A stretch of 64,000 bases of DNA from the NCBI GenBank assembly GCA_963932905.1, contig CAWVRN010000001.1, forward strand, positions 448,001 through 512,000. Direction: 5' to 3'. The translations under genes were made by a program, and so were the position numbers. The notes beneath the pieces are model-generated. The model was not told the DNA's origin and ran no database searches. It saw nothing but the letters and a program-made list of their open reading frames with translations. Shown piece after piece: positions 1 to 8,246 of this stretch (the stretch's first letter is position 1; each line of letters starts with the position of its first letter). This stretch comes from an uncultured Bdellovibrio sp. GTDB taxonomy: Bacteria; Bdellovibrionota; Bdellovibrionia; Bdellovibrionales; Bdellovibrionaceae.

Positions 1-516
1 TAATTCCAGCTCTCCGGATTTAATTTTTGGATTTTCGTTTAACCTCAGGAATTCGATGACGTCGTCTTTGATTTCTAGCGGGGCTCCCATCGTGCAACAA
101 CCAAGTCCTTCAACCACGCAGGCCAGATTCAAGTTTTCAACCGCCATGTACACACTACCAATACTGGTCAGATATTTTTCGTCGGCTGAGTTATTTGAAA
201 ATACAAACAGCAAGACGGGTGCATCACCGAGGGTAAAGAAAAATCGTTCTGTGAAATCATACAACGACGGTTTCAATCTTTCTTTCAAAATATCTTTAAT
301 CCCGAGCCATGATTTTTGAGAGTGTTTTAAATATTGGTCACGCATTTGACCCTGAACAACGAAGAATTCCCAGTTTTGTCGATTTTTACCCGAAGGTGCT
401 TGCATCGCACCGGCAAGAATTCGTTCAAGTACTTCTTTTGGTACAGGATCTTTTTTAAATTTACGAATGGATTTGCGGCTTTCTAAAAGTTGGTAAAAAT
501 CTTTTTTGTCTAGCAT
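1..516 (-). CDS. Nitroreductase family protein (3' end runs off the window)
   Basis: Not in the ORF track; translated by hand from ATG at 516: MLDKKDFYQLLESRKSIRKFKKDPVPKEVLERILAGAMQAPSGKNRQNWEFFVV...ENLNLACVVEGLGCC. Contains the RxSIRxF and APSxxNxQxW nitroreductase motifs. Confidence 0.9.
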   Translation of the reverse strand, partial: MLDKKDFYQLLESRKSIRKFKKDPVPKEVLERILAGAMQAPSGKNRQNWEFFVVQGQMRDQYLKHSQKSWLGIKDILKERLKPSLYDFTERFFFTLGDAPVLLFVFSNNSADEKYLTSIGSVYMAVENLNLACVVEGLGCCTMGAPLEIKDDVIEFLRLNENPKIKSGELEL

Positions 517-522
517 AGTCGG

Positions 523-551
523 ATCCTATAACCGCCATTGAAATCTGTAAA
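523..551 (-). promoter_or_regulatory. Sigma70-like promoter of the nitroreductase gene, probably leaderless
   Basis: Minus strand reads TTTACA-17 nt-TAGGAT, ending 6 nt before the ATG. Confidence 0.5.
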
Positions 552-601
552 TGTAAAAAATCTTCAATAGCTTTTGGTATTTTCATTGCCTTTGGCTTGG
601 C

Positions 602-629
602 TTGACAGTCTATAGGCTTAACCTATAGC
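602..629 (+). promoter_or_regulatory. Sigma70-like promoter of tag overlapped by an inverted repeat
   Basis: TTGACA (602-607), 16 nt, TATAGC; inverted repeat CTATAGG-cttaa-CCTATAG at 610-628. Confidence 0.45.
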
Positions 630-657
630 AATTAAATTATCTTCATGGAGTTTCTAA

Positions 658-1233
658 ATGAAAAAACAAAAAGCAGTCGTCAGGTGCGAGTGGGCGAACG
701 GATCGGAAATGATGGCTAAGTATCATGACACCGAATGGGGTCTGCCGACTCATAGCGATCGTCAGCACTATGAATTTTTAGTACTGGAAGGTGCACAGGC
801 TGGACTCAGTTGGGCCACTATTTTAAAACGACGCAAAGGTTACGCTAAAGCCTTTTCCAATTTTGATCCAAAGAAAGTAGCTAAATACACAAAAGCCAAA
901 ATCGATTCTTTACTAAAAGACGAGGGCATCATTCGTAATCGTTTGAAAGTAGAATCAGCAGTTCATAACGCTAAATTATTTTTAGCAATCCAAAAAGAAT
1001 TCGGCAGCTTTGACAAATATGCATGGCAGTTTGTGGGTGGAAAACAAATCAATAGAAAACGTAAAGGTATGAGTGACCTTCAAGCGACATCTCCAGAATC
1101 TGATGCTTTTTCAAAAGATCTGAGAAAGCGTGGATTTAAATTTGTAGGCTCAACCGTGATTTACGCGCATATGCAAGCGGTAGGTATGGTCAACGATCAC
1201 ACCGTGAAATGCTTTCGTCATAAAGACTGCTAA
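658..1233 (+). CDS. tag: DNA-3-methyladenine glycosylase I
   Basis: RCxW, YHDxEWG, LEGAQAGLSW, IIRNRLK, GFKFVG and NDHxxxC motifs. Confidence 0.95.
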   Translation: MKKQKAVVRCEWANGSEMMAKYHDTEWGLPTHSDRQHYEFLVLEGAQAGLSWATILKRRKGYAKAFSNFDPKKVAKYTKAKIDSLLKDEGIIRNRLKVESAVHNAKLFLAIQKEFGSFDKYAWQFVGGKQINRKRKGMSDLQATSPESDAFSKDLRKRGFKFVGSTVIYAHMQAVGMVNDHTVKCFRHKDC

Positions 1234-1287
1234 AACAGATCCAATTTATTGCTGACAGCTGAAAACTAGATTGTTAATACTAGTCGA

Positions 1288-2466
1288 ATGACGTCTACAA
1301 TTGATCTTTGGATCGAATACATTTTACGCTTTTCTCATTTGGTGGCCGGTATTTCCTGGATCGGTAGTTCGTTTTATTTTATCTGGCTTGATAGCAGTTT
1401 TATGCCACCCGAAAAGCCACGTCATAATGTCGAAGGTGAAGTCTACATGGTTCATGGCGGCTTTTATTACCAAGTGGACAAACGAAAAATTTATCCTGGT
1501 GAAATTCCAAAAACACTTCATTGGTTCAAATGGGAAGCAACCCTAACCTGGATCACGGGATTTTTTCTTTTTGCTTTTTTGTATTACTTAAAAGGCGCGA
1601 CTTTGCTGATTAATCCTGAAGCCCTGGCATTGACTCAGTGGCAAGCGATTGGTTTAAGTTTGGGTTTAATTATTGGCTCTTGGTTTGTTTATGATTTGAT
1701 ATGGAATGCAAATCTGATCAAAGTAAAAGCGATAAGTATTTTTCTTTCGCTGTGCTATTTCGTCGCTATGATTTACGGATTAACGCGAATATTCAGTGGG
1801 CGAGGCGCCTTCATATTGATGGGCGTAATCATGGGAAGCTTGATGTTGTTGAACGTATGGGTTCGAATTCTTCCTGGACAAGCCAAAATGCTTAAAGAAG
1901 CCTTGGCCGGACAAGTTCCCGATTATTCTGTCAGTTTGAAATCTAAAGTGCGATCTGTTCACAATACCTATTTTATTTTTCCTGTTTTGTTCATTATGCT
2001 GAGCAATCACTACCCGGGCATTTATGGTCATCAGTACAATTGGGTGCTGTTAATTATCCTCAGTGTGTCGGGCGCTTTGGTTCGTCATACAATGGTAACT
2101 AAAAACACGAAAGAGCGTTGGCTGCTGATTCCTGCCGCGATTGGACTGATGGCTCTTGTTTTCGTAAGTTCAATTCAAGTAAAATCAAGCTCCAATTCCT
2201 CCATGCCCGTGCCAGATAATATGGATTACGCCTACGTAAGAAACATAGTCGAGGCCCGTTGTCAAAGATGCCATAGCACACATAACACCGATGAAAATTT
2301 CAAAGTTCCCCCGAAAGATGTCGTTCTTGAAACCGAAGATCAGCTCAGAAAACACAAAGACTTAATTATCAAGCAAGTTGAAAACAAAGTCATGCCGCTG
2401 GCGAATTTGACGGGCATGACGGATAGTGAGCGTGAAATTTTGGTCAGTTGGATGAAGAAACAGTAG
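1288..2466 (+). CDS. puuD: Membrane urate oxidase/hydroxylase PuuD with C-terminal cytochrome c
   Basis: RFSHLVAGISWIGSSFYF, VHGGFY, LHWFKWEA, RSVHNTY and MLSNHYP motifs; multiple TM helices; CQRCH heme motif (2260-2274) and a distal MP; purine cluster context. Confidence 0.92.
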   Translation: MTSTIDLWIEYILRFSHLVAGISWIGSSFYFIWLDSSFMPPEKPRHNVEGEVYMVHGGFYYQVDKRKIYPGEIPKTLHWFKWEATLTWITGFFLFAFLYYLKGATLLINPEALALTQWQAIGLSLGLIIGSWFVYDLIWNANLIKVKAISIFLSLCYFVAMIYGLTRIFSGRGAFILMGVIMGSLMLLNVWVRILPGQAKMLKEALAGQVPDYSVSLKSKVRSVHNTYFIFPVLFIMLSNHYPGIYGHQYNWVLLIILSVSGALVRHTMVTKNTKERWLLIPAAIGLMALVFVSSIQVKSSSNSSMPVPDNMDYAYVRNIVEARCQRCHSTHNTDENFKVPPKDVVLETEDQLRKHKDLIIKQVENKVMPLANLTGMTDSEREILVSWMKKQ

Positions 2467-5400
2467 CTAGTAAACCAGCACGCGATGAATTCCTCCGTCT
2501 GGGAAAACTTTCACCTTAATCTGCTCTATCGTTTCTTGATTAGAAATTAAAAATTCTTTTTTATTTCCGGCAAATGCTTTTACCGTGGTTCTGGCAGCCA
2601 GTTCAACCCACTGTCCATTTTTCAAGCCCTCTAGGCTGATGGCAGACGGGTTGTTGTTCACGAAATATTTAAAATCTAAAACAACTCTTTTTATCACGGT
2701 CGGTTTACCAAGTTTTAAAACAAGTTCTTCGAAATGACCGGGTTTACGACTGCGGGCGGATTCAAATCCATCGAACATGTGAATCGGAGGAAACGGGGAA
2801 ACAACTTGATCGGCCGGTCCGTAATGTTGGTTGCTGACGCTGACCAGACAACCTCCAAACGCAGCAGAGGCCAGATTGATCGGACGCTTTTTATCCATAA
2901 GTCGTTTTATATTTTTTTCGGTCTCTAGCGCCGAAGCGGCATAAGGAATAGTCAGTGGTTTATGAGATTTTGGAATAACTTCAGTAAACCGGGTAGCGGT
3001 GGCTTCTTCGAAGAGCTTATAATTTTTCGCCTCTTCCGAAGGAAGCTCAGAGTACAAACCTAAACGAGATAATCCCCCATCAGGAAATACATTCACTTTA
3101 ATTTTTGAATACGGTTTTTCGCTGAGAGGACTGGTTTGTTTAATTTTCACGACACCGTGGCCAACTAGATTCTTCTTTGGGAGTATCAAATCCCAGTTTT
3201 TTGCCGCTTCATCGTAGCCGTATAACTCAATCGCTTCGACTTGATTTCCATCATGGTATTTGGTGGAAACTTGAATGTAACGAATAGGTCCCGCCTTCTT
3301 CATTTCAAATTCAAGTGTGTGACGATCGCTGGGATTGTGGCGTACGGATTCCCAACTATCCATCACTTTACCCTGAGCACAAAACAACTGCGGATCAAAG
3401 ATGGGCTGAAACGAACTGAATAGGTTATCAGCTTGAGCAAATCGTTCATCCGTAACTGAGATTACTTTTGCACCCACTGCCAAATTGTATTGTGCTAATG
3501 GATCTACGGGTCCTGTTTCAACAATGGGATCTGGACGACACGGAATGAAGGCATCAAAAATAAGGGCTTTATAGCCTCGATTCACAATTTGTTCTTGCGA
3601 GAATTTTTTGGGATCAAATTCAGTGTGGAATTTATCAAAGGAAATTCCGCTCAGATTCAATGTTCTAATCAATTCTTGTGCAACTTCAGCGATAAACGGT
3701 ACGGCACCGTTGTCGCCGTTAGCAAAAATAACAAAACCCAATCCTTGATCAGGTCCCGCATAGCAATGCATGAACAAGGCGCGGAAACCTTCGTTGGCAC
3801 CTTGATGAATGACGATTTTGTTTTCGCCGGCTTCGGCAATAAATATTCCTAGACCCATGAGGGCCCCCATGAATTCAAAACTGCCTTTGTCACGACCATG
3901 CAGCATCAAAGCGGCCGTATCGTGTGAAATAGAACCGGAGCCTTCAAGATTCTGATACGCACGAGTCAAATGGACCAAGAATTGGGCCATATCAGCAGAA
4001 GAACCCAATCCACCTGCCGCAAACGCGGGAAATTGCAATCGGGTGCCTGGTACTTCTTTCTGCCCATCAAAATAGCCGCATGCATAGTTTTTGCCCGGAA
4101 TATTTTTTAAATTAAACGTTAGGTTTTTAAGCCCCATTTCGGCAAAGAAGGGATATGAAATTTCTTGAATGGTTTTCTTTGTGATGGATTCAATTAAATG
4201 TTCTAGAACCAAAAATCCACCGCCAGAGTAACTGAATTTCTTGCCGGGCTCGTTAATCACTTTTACATCTTTGAGCAGATCTTGCCACACTGGCATTGGT
4301 TTTCCTAGCGGATGTCCTTGAACATAGTGACCACTTAATGCCGTGTGATTTAAAAGGTGCTCCAATTGAACCGCATCAGTGCTGAGCCTAAATGAAGAAC
4401 CTGCTTTTGCAAGCAATGCATTTACGGAAGAATCTAAAGCGATATTATTTTTTTTGAAAAACTCTAAACAGTAGGCCGCGGCCAAAGGTTTACTTAATGA
4501 AGCGATTTCAAACATCGTATCGGCTTGCACATGACCTTCGCCTTTACGACGCTCACCAAAGCTTAATGTCTGAGTCGAATCAAACGCGTTAATAGAAACG
4601 CTAGCACCTACGATCTTGTATTTTTCTAATAAATCCGAAATTTTATTTCGCACGTGATCTAGAGGGTGTTCGATCATACGTTTGCGAGTGATTTCCCACA
4701 ATGCCTCCCGAGCGGCACCGATTTCATCTTGAAATGATCTCTGTAGGCGCATTTTAAGAGCATTCAAAATTTCATCTGCTGATTTATCCTTAGCCGAAAT
4801 TAAAAATTTAAATCCAAATTTCTTTAGATATTCGCTGCCTAGATTTAAAAGTTCTTGGCGTTTGGTTTCGTCTCCAGCTAAGACTTTTTGCTGTTCGGAT
4901 GCGGCTTGTGAATCCAAGGTTTTTTTGGCTTCGCCTATATTTCCATGAAAATAAGCGGCGTCGATGATGTCTTGTTTCGAAAAGGATAATATAATTGTTT
5001 TTGCGTGCTTTGTGTTTAAAACAAAACCCTGAGCCATGGTTTTCGCAAATGCCAGCGATCCACAATGCTCGAAATAATAATTTAAACGCTCGATATAGGC
5101 ATCTAGCTTGAATCGTCCCGGCATCAATTCTTGTGCTGTCGTCCAGGGGTTCTGTGAATCGCGGATTGATTTAATAGTAAAAGGCAAAAGTAACTCGGTT
5201 GCAAATTCGGGCGGCTTAGGATCTGTCATTAATTGCAGCATGAGTTTCATTGCGATCGGGTACCAACGGGCTGTTTCGGCCGTGTATTTTACCTGAACGA
5301 TCTTATCTGGATTCGATAGGTCTTTGCGTATGAAGTGCATTTCTTCGTGAACAATTTTAATAAATTCAGCTTTATCAAATCGGCCATGGTAAAGTTCATG

Positions 5401-7128
5401 CCATACTTCCCAGCGGGAACGTTCAGCGGTCGCCAAATCATCCATCACTCGAACGGAAACTCCATTTACGTGCGCCGGCAGGGCCACACAGCCATTGCCG
5501 CTTAACCAATCTGTAAGGTACTGCAAGGATTGAAACACGTTGTAGCGAATTTCATCCGGGTGATTGTTAGCAATAAAATCAGATTCTTTGATGTCGGCCA
5601 CGATCAACGAACGAACATAATTTTCATCGTTTTCTGATAGTCCTTCAATGTCAGCGCCGTGAATGAAATCCAAAATTTGTTTGTGATACTTGGGTTGCAG
5701 CAGCGACGTCACTAGTTCATCAAGTCCAGCACTGTTGCCAGCGCTATGTTGGCGCCATGCTTCGACCAGCGCTAAACCCAAGCGCACAAAATCAGGATGC
5801 GCGACCCAGAATCCTGATAGATCGCGTTTCATTTGTGTAACGACGTCTTTTATGAAGCCAAGTAAGGTCATTTGAAATGAAGGGGACTGCGGATCCGTAT
5901 CGAGTGGCAAAATACCATACATGCCGCCGACTTTGATTCCGCCTCGCCCGCCAACTACTTTGGCAAGCAGGTGATGTGAGGCTTTGATGTATTTAATGAC
6001 GATGTTAGGGTCCGCTTTGACCGGAATTCTGTAGTGTGAGTCTTCTTTGAAAATTCGTGCTGTGGAAGCCAAGAAATCATGCCAGCCCAGGGAAGCGCCG
6101 ACAAAGTAAGGGTGAAGTGCGTCCATAATTTCGTTCACACGTAAGATGGCGCGGGGATTTTCAAGAACAATCATTAGACGAACAGTACCTAACTGATAAC
6201 TAGGGAATTGCTGTTTTATTTTGCTTTCTGCCGTTGAAATCATTTTCGCCAGGTAAGCCGCTTCTTCTTCATTTTCCAGTTTGGGTACATAAAAGCACAG
6301 TGATTCTGGACGATTCCAATTTTTATACAAGTGCAAAGCGAAATCATACAGGTGCAACGGAATAGGATTTCTATCTTGAAATAAAAATGTACATGGCAAT
6401 GCTAAACCAGGAAAACGTTTAATCGGCAAAGCCAAGTGACCTTTTTCTAGTTCGTAATTCTTTTCATCGCCGCTGACTTTTAGAGTGCCGTCAAAACACG
6501 CCGTCAAATTAACGGCCGCATCAATCAGATCGGCCCGCATTGGTGTTTTAGAATCTTCGTCATCGGCGCCCCATTTAGGATTGAACTTTTGAGTTTTCAA
6601 TAACTCTTCGACAATTTTGGGCTCGTTTTTTATTTTACGATGATAGGAATTCATAGCGTTGATAGCTAATTTCGCGCTATCCGGAGGGCCAAACAGAGTT
6701 ACGTGAGGTCCTTGCAGATACGGCGGGATTGCAGCCACCTGAGCACCCTTGGGGCCGAGGTAATGTTTGTCTTTTGCCCCAAGAACAATGCGACCTTGAT
6801 GATCCTCTAAACCAATAATTGTTTTATAATCACTGTCGGTAATTTCACGTTCAAGCGATGTATTAAAATCCGAGCACGCTTTTACCCGTTCATCGATAAA
6901 TTTTCTATCGATGCGACGCTGCTGAAGAACCTTTTTTAAATCGTCTTTTGTTTCTAGGTACAAATCAGAAAGAAATTTCAAGGCGGACGGAGTTTCTAAT
7001 CCTCCGCCTTCGCCGACTTCCACCATTCCATTTACGGATTTAATTGCCGTCGCATTTTTTAATAAATGATCCGCTAGAGGAGCTGGGATGTAGTCGTGGT
7101 AATATTCGATTTCAAAAAAGGATTTCAT
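2467..7128 (-). CDS. Four-domain fusion: malate synthase + OHCU decarboxylase + beta-lactamase-family serine hydrolase + allantoicase (~1553 aa)
   Basis: One uninterrupted ORF; likely start is ATG 7128, 4 nt after the uraH stop (track start 7161). Malate synthase: ADDEDS, YVPKLE, VLEN, GWHD, WVAHP, MDDLATAE. OHCU decarboxylase: HGNIG..SEQ..YxxKFGFKF. Serine hydrolase: FEIASLSK, YSGGG, HQG. Allantoicase: two repeats, DSWES..FPDGGLSR and DGFES..FPDGGIHR. Confidence 0.88.
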   Translation of the reverse strand: MKSFFEIEYYHDYIPAPLADHLLKNATAIKSVNGMVEVGEGGGLETPSALKFLSDLYLETKDDLKKVLQQRRIDRKFIDERVKACSDFNTSLEREITDSDYKTIIGLEDHQGRIVLGAKDKHYLGPKGAQVAAIPPYLQGPHVTLFGPPDSAKLAINAMNSYHRKIKNEPKIVEELLKTQKFNPKWGADDEDSKTPMRADLIDAAVNLTACFDGTLKVSGDEKNYELEKGHLALPIKRFPGLALPCTFLFQDRNPIPLHLYDFALHLYKNWNRPESLCFYVPKLENEEEAAYLAKMISTAESKIKQQFPSYQLGTVRLMIVLENPRAILRVNEIMDALHPYFVGASLGWHDFLASTARIFKEDSHYRIPVKADPNIVIKYIKASHHLLAKVVGGRGGIKVGGMYGILPLDTDPQSPSFQMTLLGFIKDVVTQMKRDLSGFWVAHPDFVRLGLALVEAWRQHSAGNSAGLDELVTSLLQPKYHKQILDFIHGADIEGLSENDENYVRSLIVADIKESDFIANNHPDEIRYNVFQSLQYLTDWLSGNGCVALPAHVNGVSVRVMDDLATAERSRWEVWHELYHGRFDKAEFIKIVHEEMHFIRKDLSNPDKIVQVKYTAETARWYPIAMKLMLQLMTDPKPPEFATELLLPFTIKSIRDSQNPWTTAQELMPGRFKLDAYIERLNYYFEHCGSLAFAKTMAQGFVLNTKHAKTIILSFSKQDIIDAAYFHGNIGEAKKTLDSQAASEQQKVLAGDETKRQELLNLGSEYLKKFGFKFLISAKDKSADEILNALKMRLQRSFQDEIGAAREALWEITRKRMIEHPLDHVRNKISDLLEKYKIVGASVSINAFDSTQTLSFGERRKGEGHVQADTMFEIASLSKPLAAAYCLEFFKKNNIALDSSVNALLAKAGSSFRLSTDAVQLEHLLNHTALSGHYVQGHPLGKPMPVWQDLLKDVKVINEPGKKFSYSGGGFLVLEHLIESITKKTIQEISYPFFAEMGLKNLTFNLKNIPGKNYACGYFDGQKEVPGTRLQFPAFAAGGLGSSADMAQFLVHLTRAYQNLEGSGSISHDTAALMLHGRDKGSFEFMGALMGLGIFIAEAGENKIVIHQGANEGFRALFMHCYAGPDQGLGFVIFANGDNGAVPFIAEVAQELIRTLNLSGISFDKFHTEFDPKKFSQEQIVNRGYKALIFDAFIPCRPDPIVETGPVDPLAQYNLAVGAKVISVTDERFAQADNLFSSFQPIFDPQLFCAQGKVMDSWESVRHNPSDRHTLEFEMKKAGPIRYIQVSTKYHDGNQVEAIELYGYDEAAKNWDLILPKKNLVGHGVVKIKQTSPLSEKPYSKIKVNVFPDGGLSRLGLYSELPSEEAKNYKLFEEATATRFTEVIPKSHKPLTIPYAASALETEKNIKRLMDKKRPINLASAAFGGCLVSVSNQHYGPADQVVSPFPPIHMFDGFESARSRKPGHFEELVLKLGKPTVIKRVVLDFKYFVNNNPSAISLEGLKNGQWVELAARTTVKAFAGNKKEFLISNQETIEQIKVKVFPDGGIHRVLVY

Positions 7129-7132
7129 AGTA

Positions 7133-7456
7133 CTAGCTGCCTCGGTAGGTGCTGTAACCATATGGGCTTAACAATAAAGGCACGTGGTATTTTCTGTTTG
7201 TGTCTGTGATATTGAACGCAACGGGTACAGCTAAAAAAAACGGAGTTAGATTTTGCTTCTTAAAGTAGTTTTCAATTTCAAAAGTTAAACGGTATTGCGC
7301 GATTTCATAGGGGCAATCAAAATTGATTCGTCCATCACTATTAGTTTTATCTTGTTTTACTTGTGACCACTGATTTCCATTTAATTTTTCTAACGTCACA
7401 GTGACATCTTTAGCTGGCATGCCCAAATTGATGTCCAAAATATGAGTACTAATCAT
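7133..7456 (-). CDS. uraH: 5-hydroxyisourate hydrolase (transthyretin-like)
   Basis: ISTHILD N-terminus, TNSDGR, and YHVPLLLSPYGYSTYRGS C-terminus. Start reassigned to ATG 7456, just after the xdhC stop. Confidence 0.95.
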   Translation of the reverse strand: MISTHILDINLGMPAKDVTVTLEKLNGNQWSQVKQDKTNSDGRINFDCPYEIAQYRLTFEIENYFKKQNLTPFFLAVPVAFNITDTNRKYHVPLLLSPYGYSTYRGS

Positions 7457-7457
7457 G

Positions 7458-8246
7458 TTACGATCCTTTGTTTTCTGATAATTTAGATTTATACGATAGT
7501 ATCTGCGCAGCGATACTAATGGCAATTTCGGGCGGCGTGTTGTCACCGAAATCTAGCCCAATCGGGCAATGTAGTCGCTGAAGAGCCTCATCGGAAACCC
7601 CGAGCTTGCGCAGTTCACCTTTGATCTTTTCACCTTTAAGTTTTGAGCCTATAACGCCAAGAAATGAAAAACGTTGATGCTGCTTCAGGGCTTTCTCTAG
7701 AACGGGAACATCGGCTGCATGTCCTTGAGTCAGCGACATTAAATAAGTTCCGTCGGGTAATGCGTCTACATGATTTGCCAAATTGTCTGTTTGAATTTTT
7801 TTTATGTTGAATGAATCTGGCAATTTATCTACCCATTCTTTGCGGTTATCAAAAACTTGTAGCTGACATGACCACGTTTGCATGACTCGGCACAGTTCCT
7901 GCGAAACATGTCCTGCACCAAAGATCGCCACCGACCAATTACTAAAGAACTGCGTATCAAAAAATACGCTGACCTCACCACCGCAGGTCATTCCAATATC
8001 AGTCTGTAAATTATAAGTTCCCATTGAAGGAGCCGATTTCGCTTGCAGCATTTCAACAGCGCGTTTGATACAAAACCCTTCAATTTTGCCACCGCCTACG
8101 GTTCCAAATCGTAATCCCTCTTTGGTCACCAGCATCTTAGCACCGACTTCTTGAGGTGCACTACCTCGGACGTTTACCAGGGTTACGATCACGTGATCTG
8201 TATGACTGCGGGATACATCACTCAGATGTTCAAGCCAAACGGTCAC
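7458..8246 (-). CDS. xdhC: Xanthine dehydrogenase accessory protein XdhC
   Basis: RGSAP, GTVGGG, GMTCGG, FGAGHV, GVIGS, CPIG and PEIAISIAAQI; GTG start overlaps the xdhB stop. Confidence 0.93.
   Translation of the reverse strand: MTVWLEHLSDVSRSHTDHVIVTLVNVRGSAPQEVGAKMLVTKEGLRFGTVGGGKIEGFCIKRAVEMLQAKSAPSMGTYNLQTDIGMTCGGEVSVFFDTQFFSNWSVAIFGAGHVSQELCRVMQTWSCQLQVFDNRKEWVDKLPDSFNIKKIQTDNLANHVDALPDGTYLMSLTQGHAADVPVLEKALKQHQRFSFLGVIGSKLKGEKIKGELRKLGVSDEALQRLHCPIGLDFGDNTPPEIAISIAAQILSYKSKLSENKGS

Noticed and set aside
56..319. 87-aa plus-strand ORF
   Set aside because: Antisense shadow of the nitroreductase gene.
3650..4660. Antibiotic-resistance beta-lactamase
   Set aside because: The domain is internal to a cytoplasmic metabolic fusion, has no signal peptide, and has YSG/HQG rather than the YxN/KTG motifs of class C beta-lactamases.
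7129..7161. Longer N-terminus of the fusion (and of uraH, to 7546)
   Set aside because: These extensions overlap the upstream genes; the ATGs at 7128 and 7456 fit translational coupling and family N-termini.
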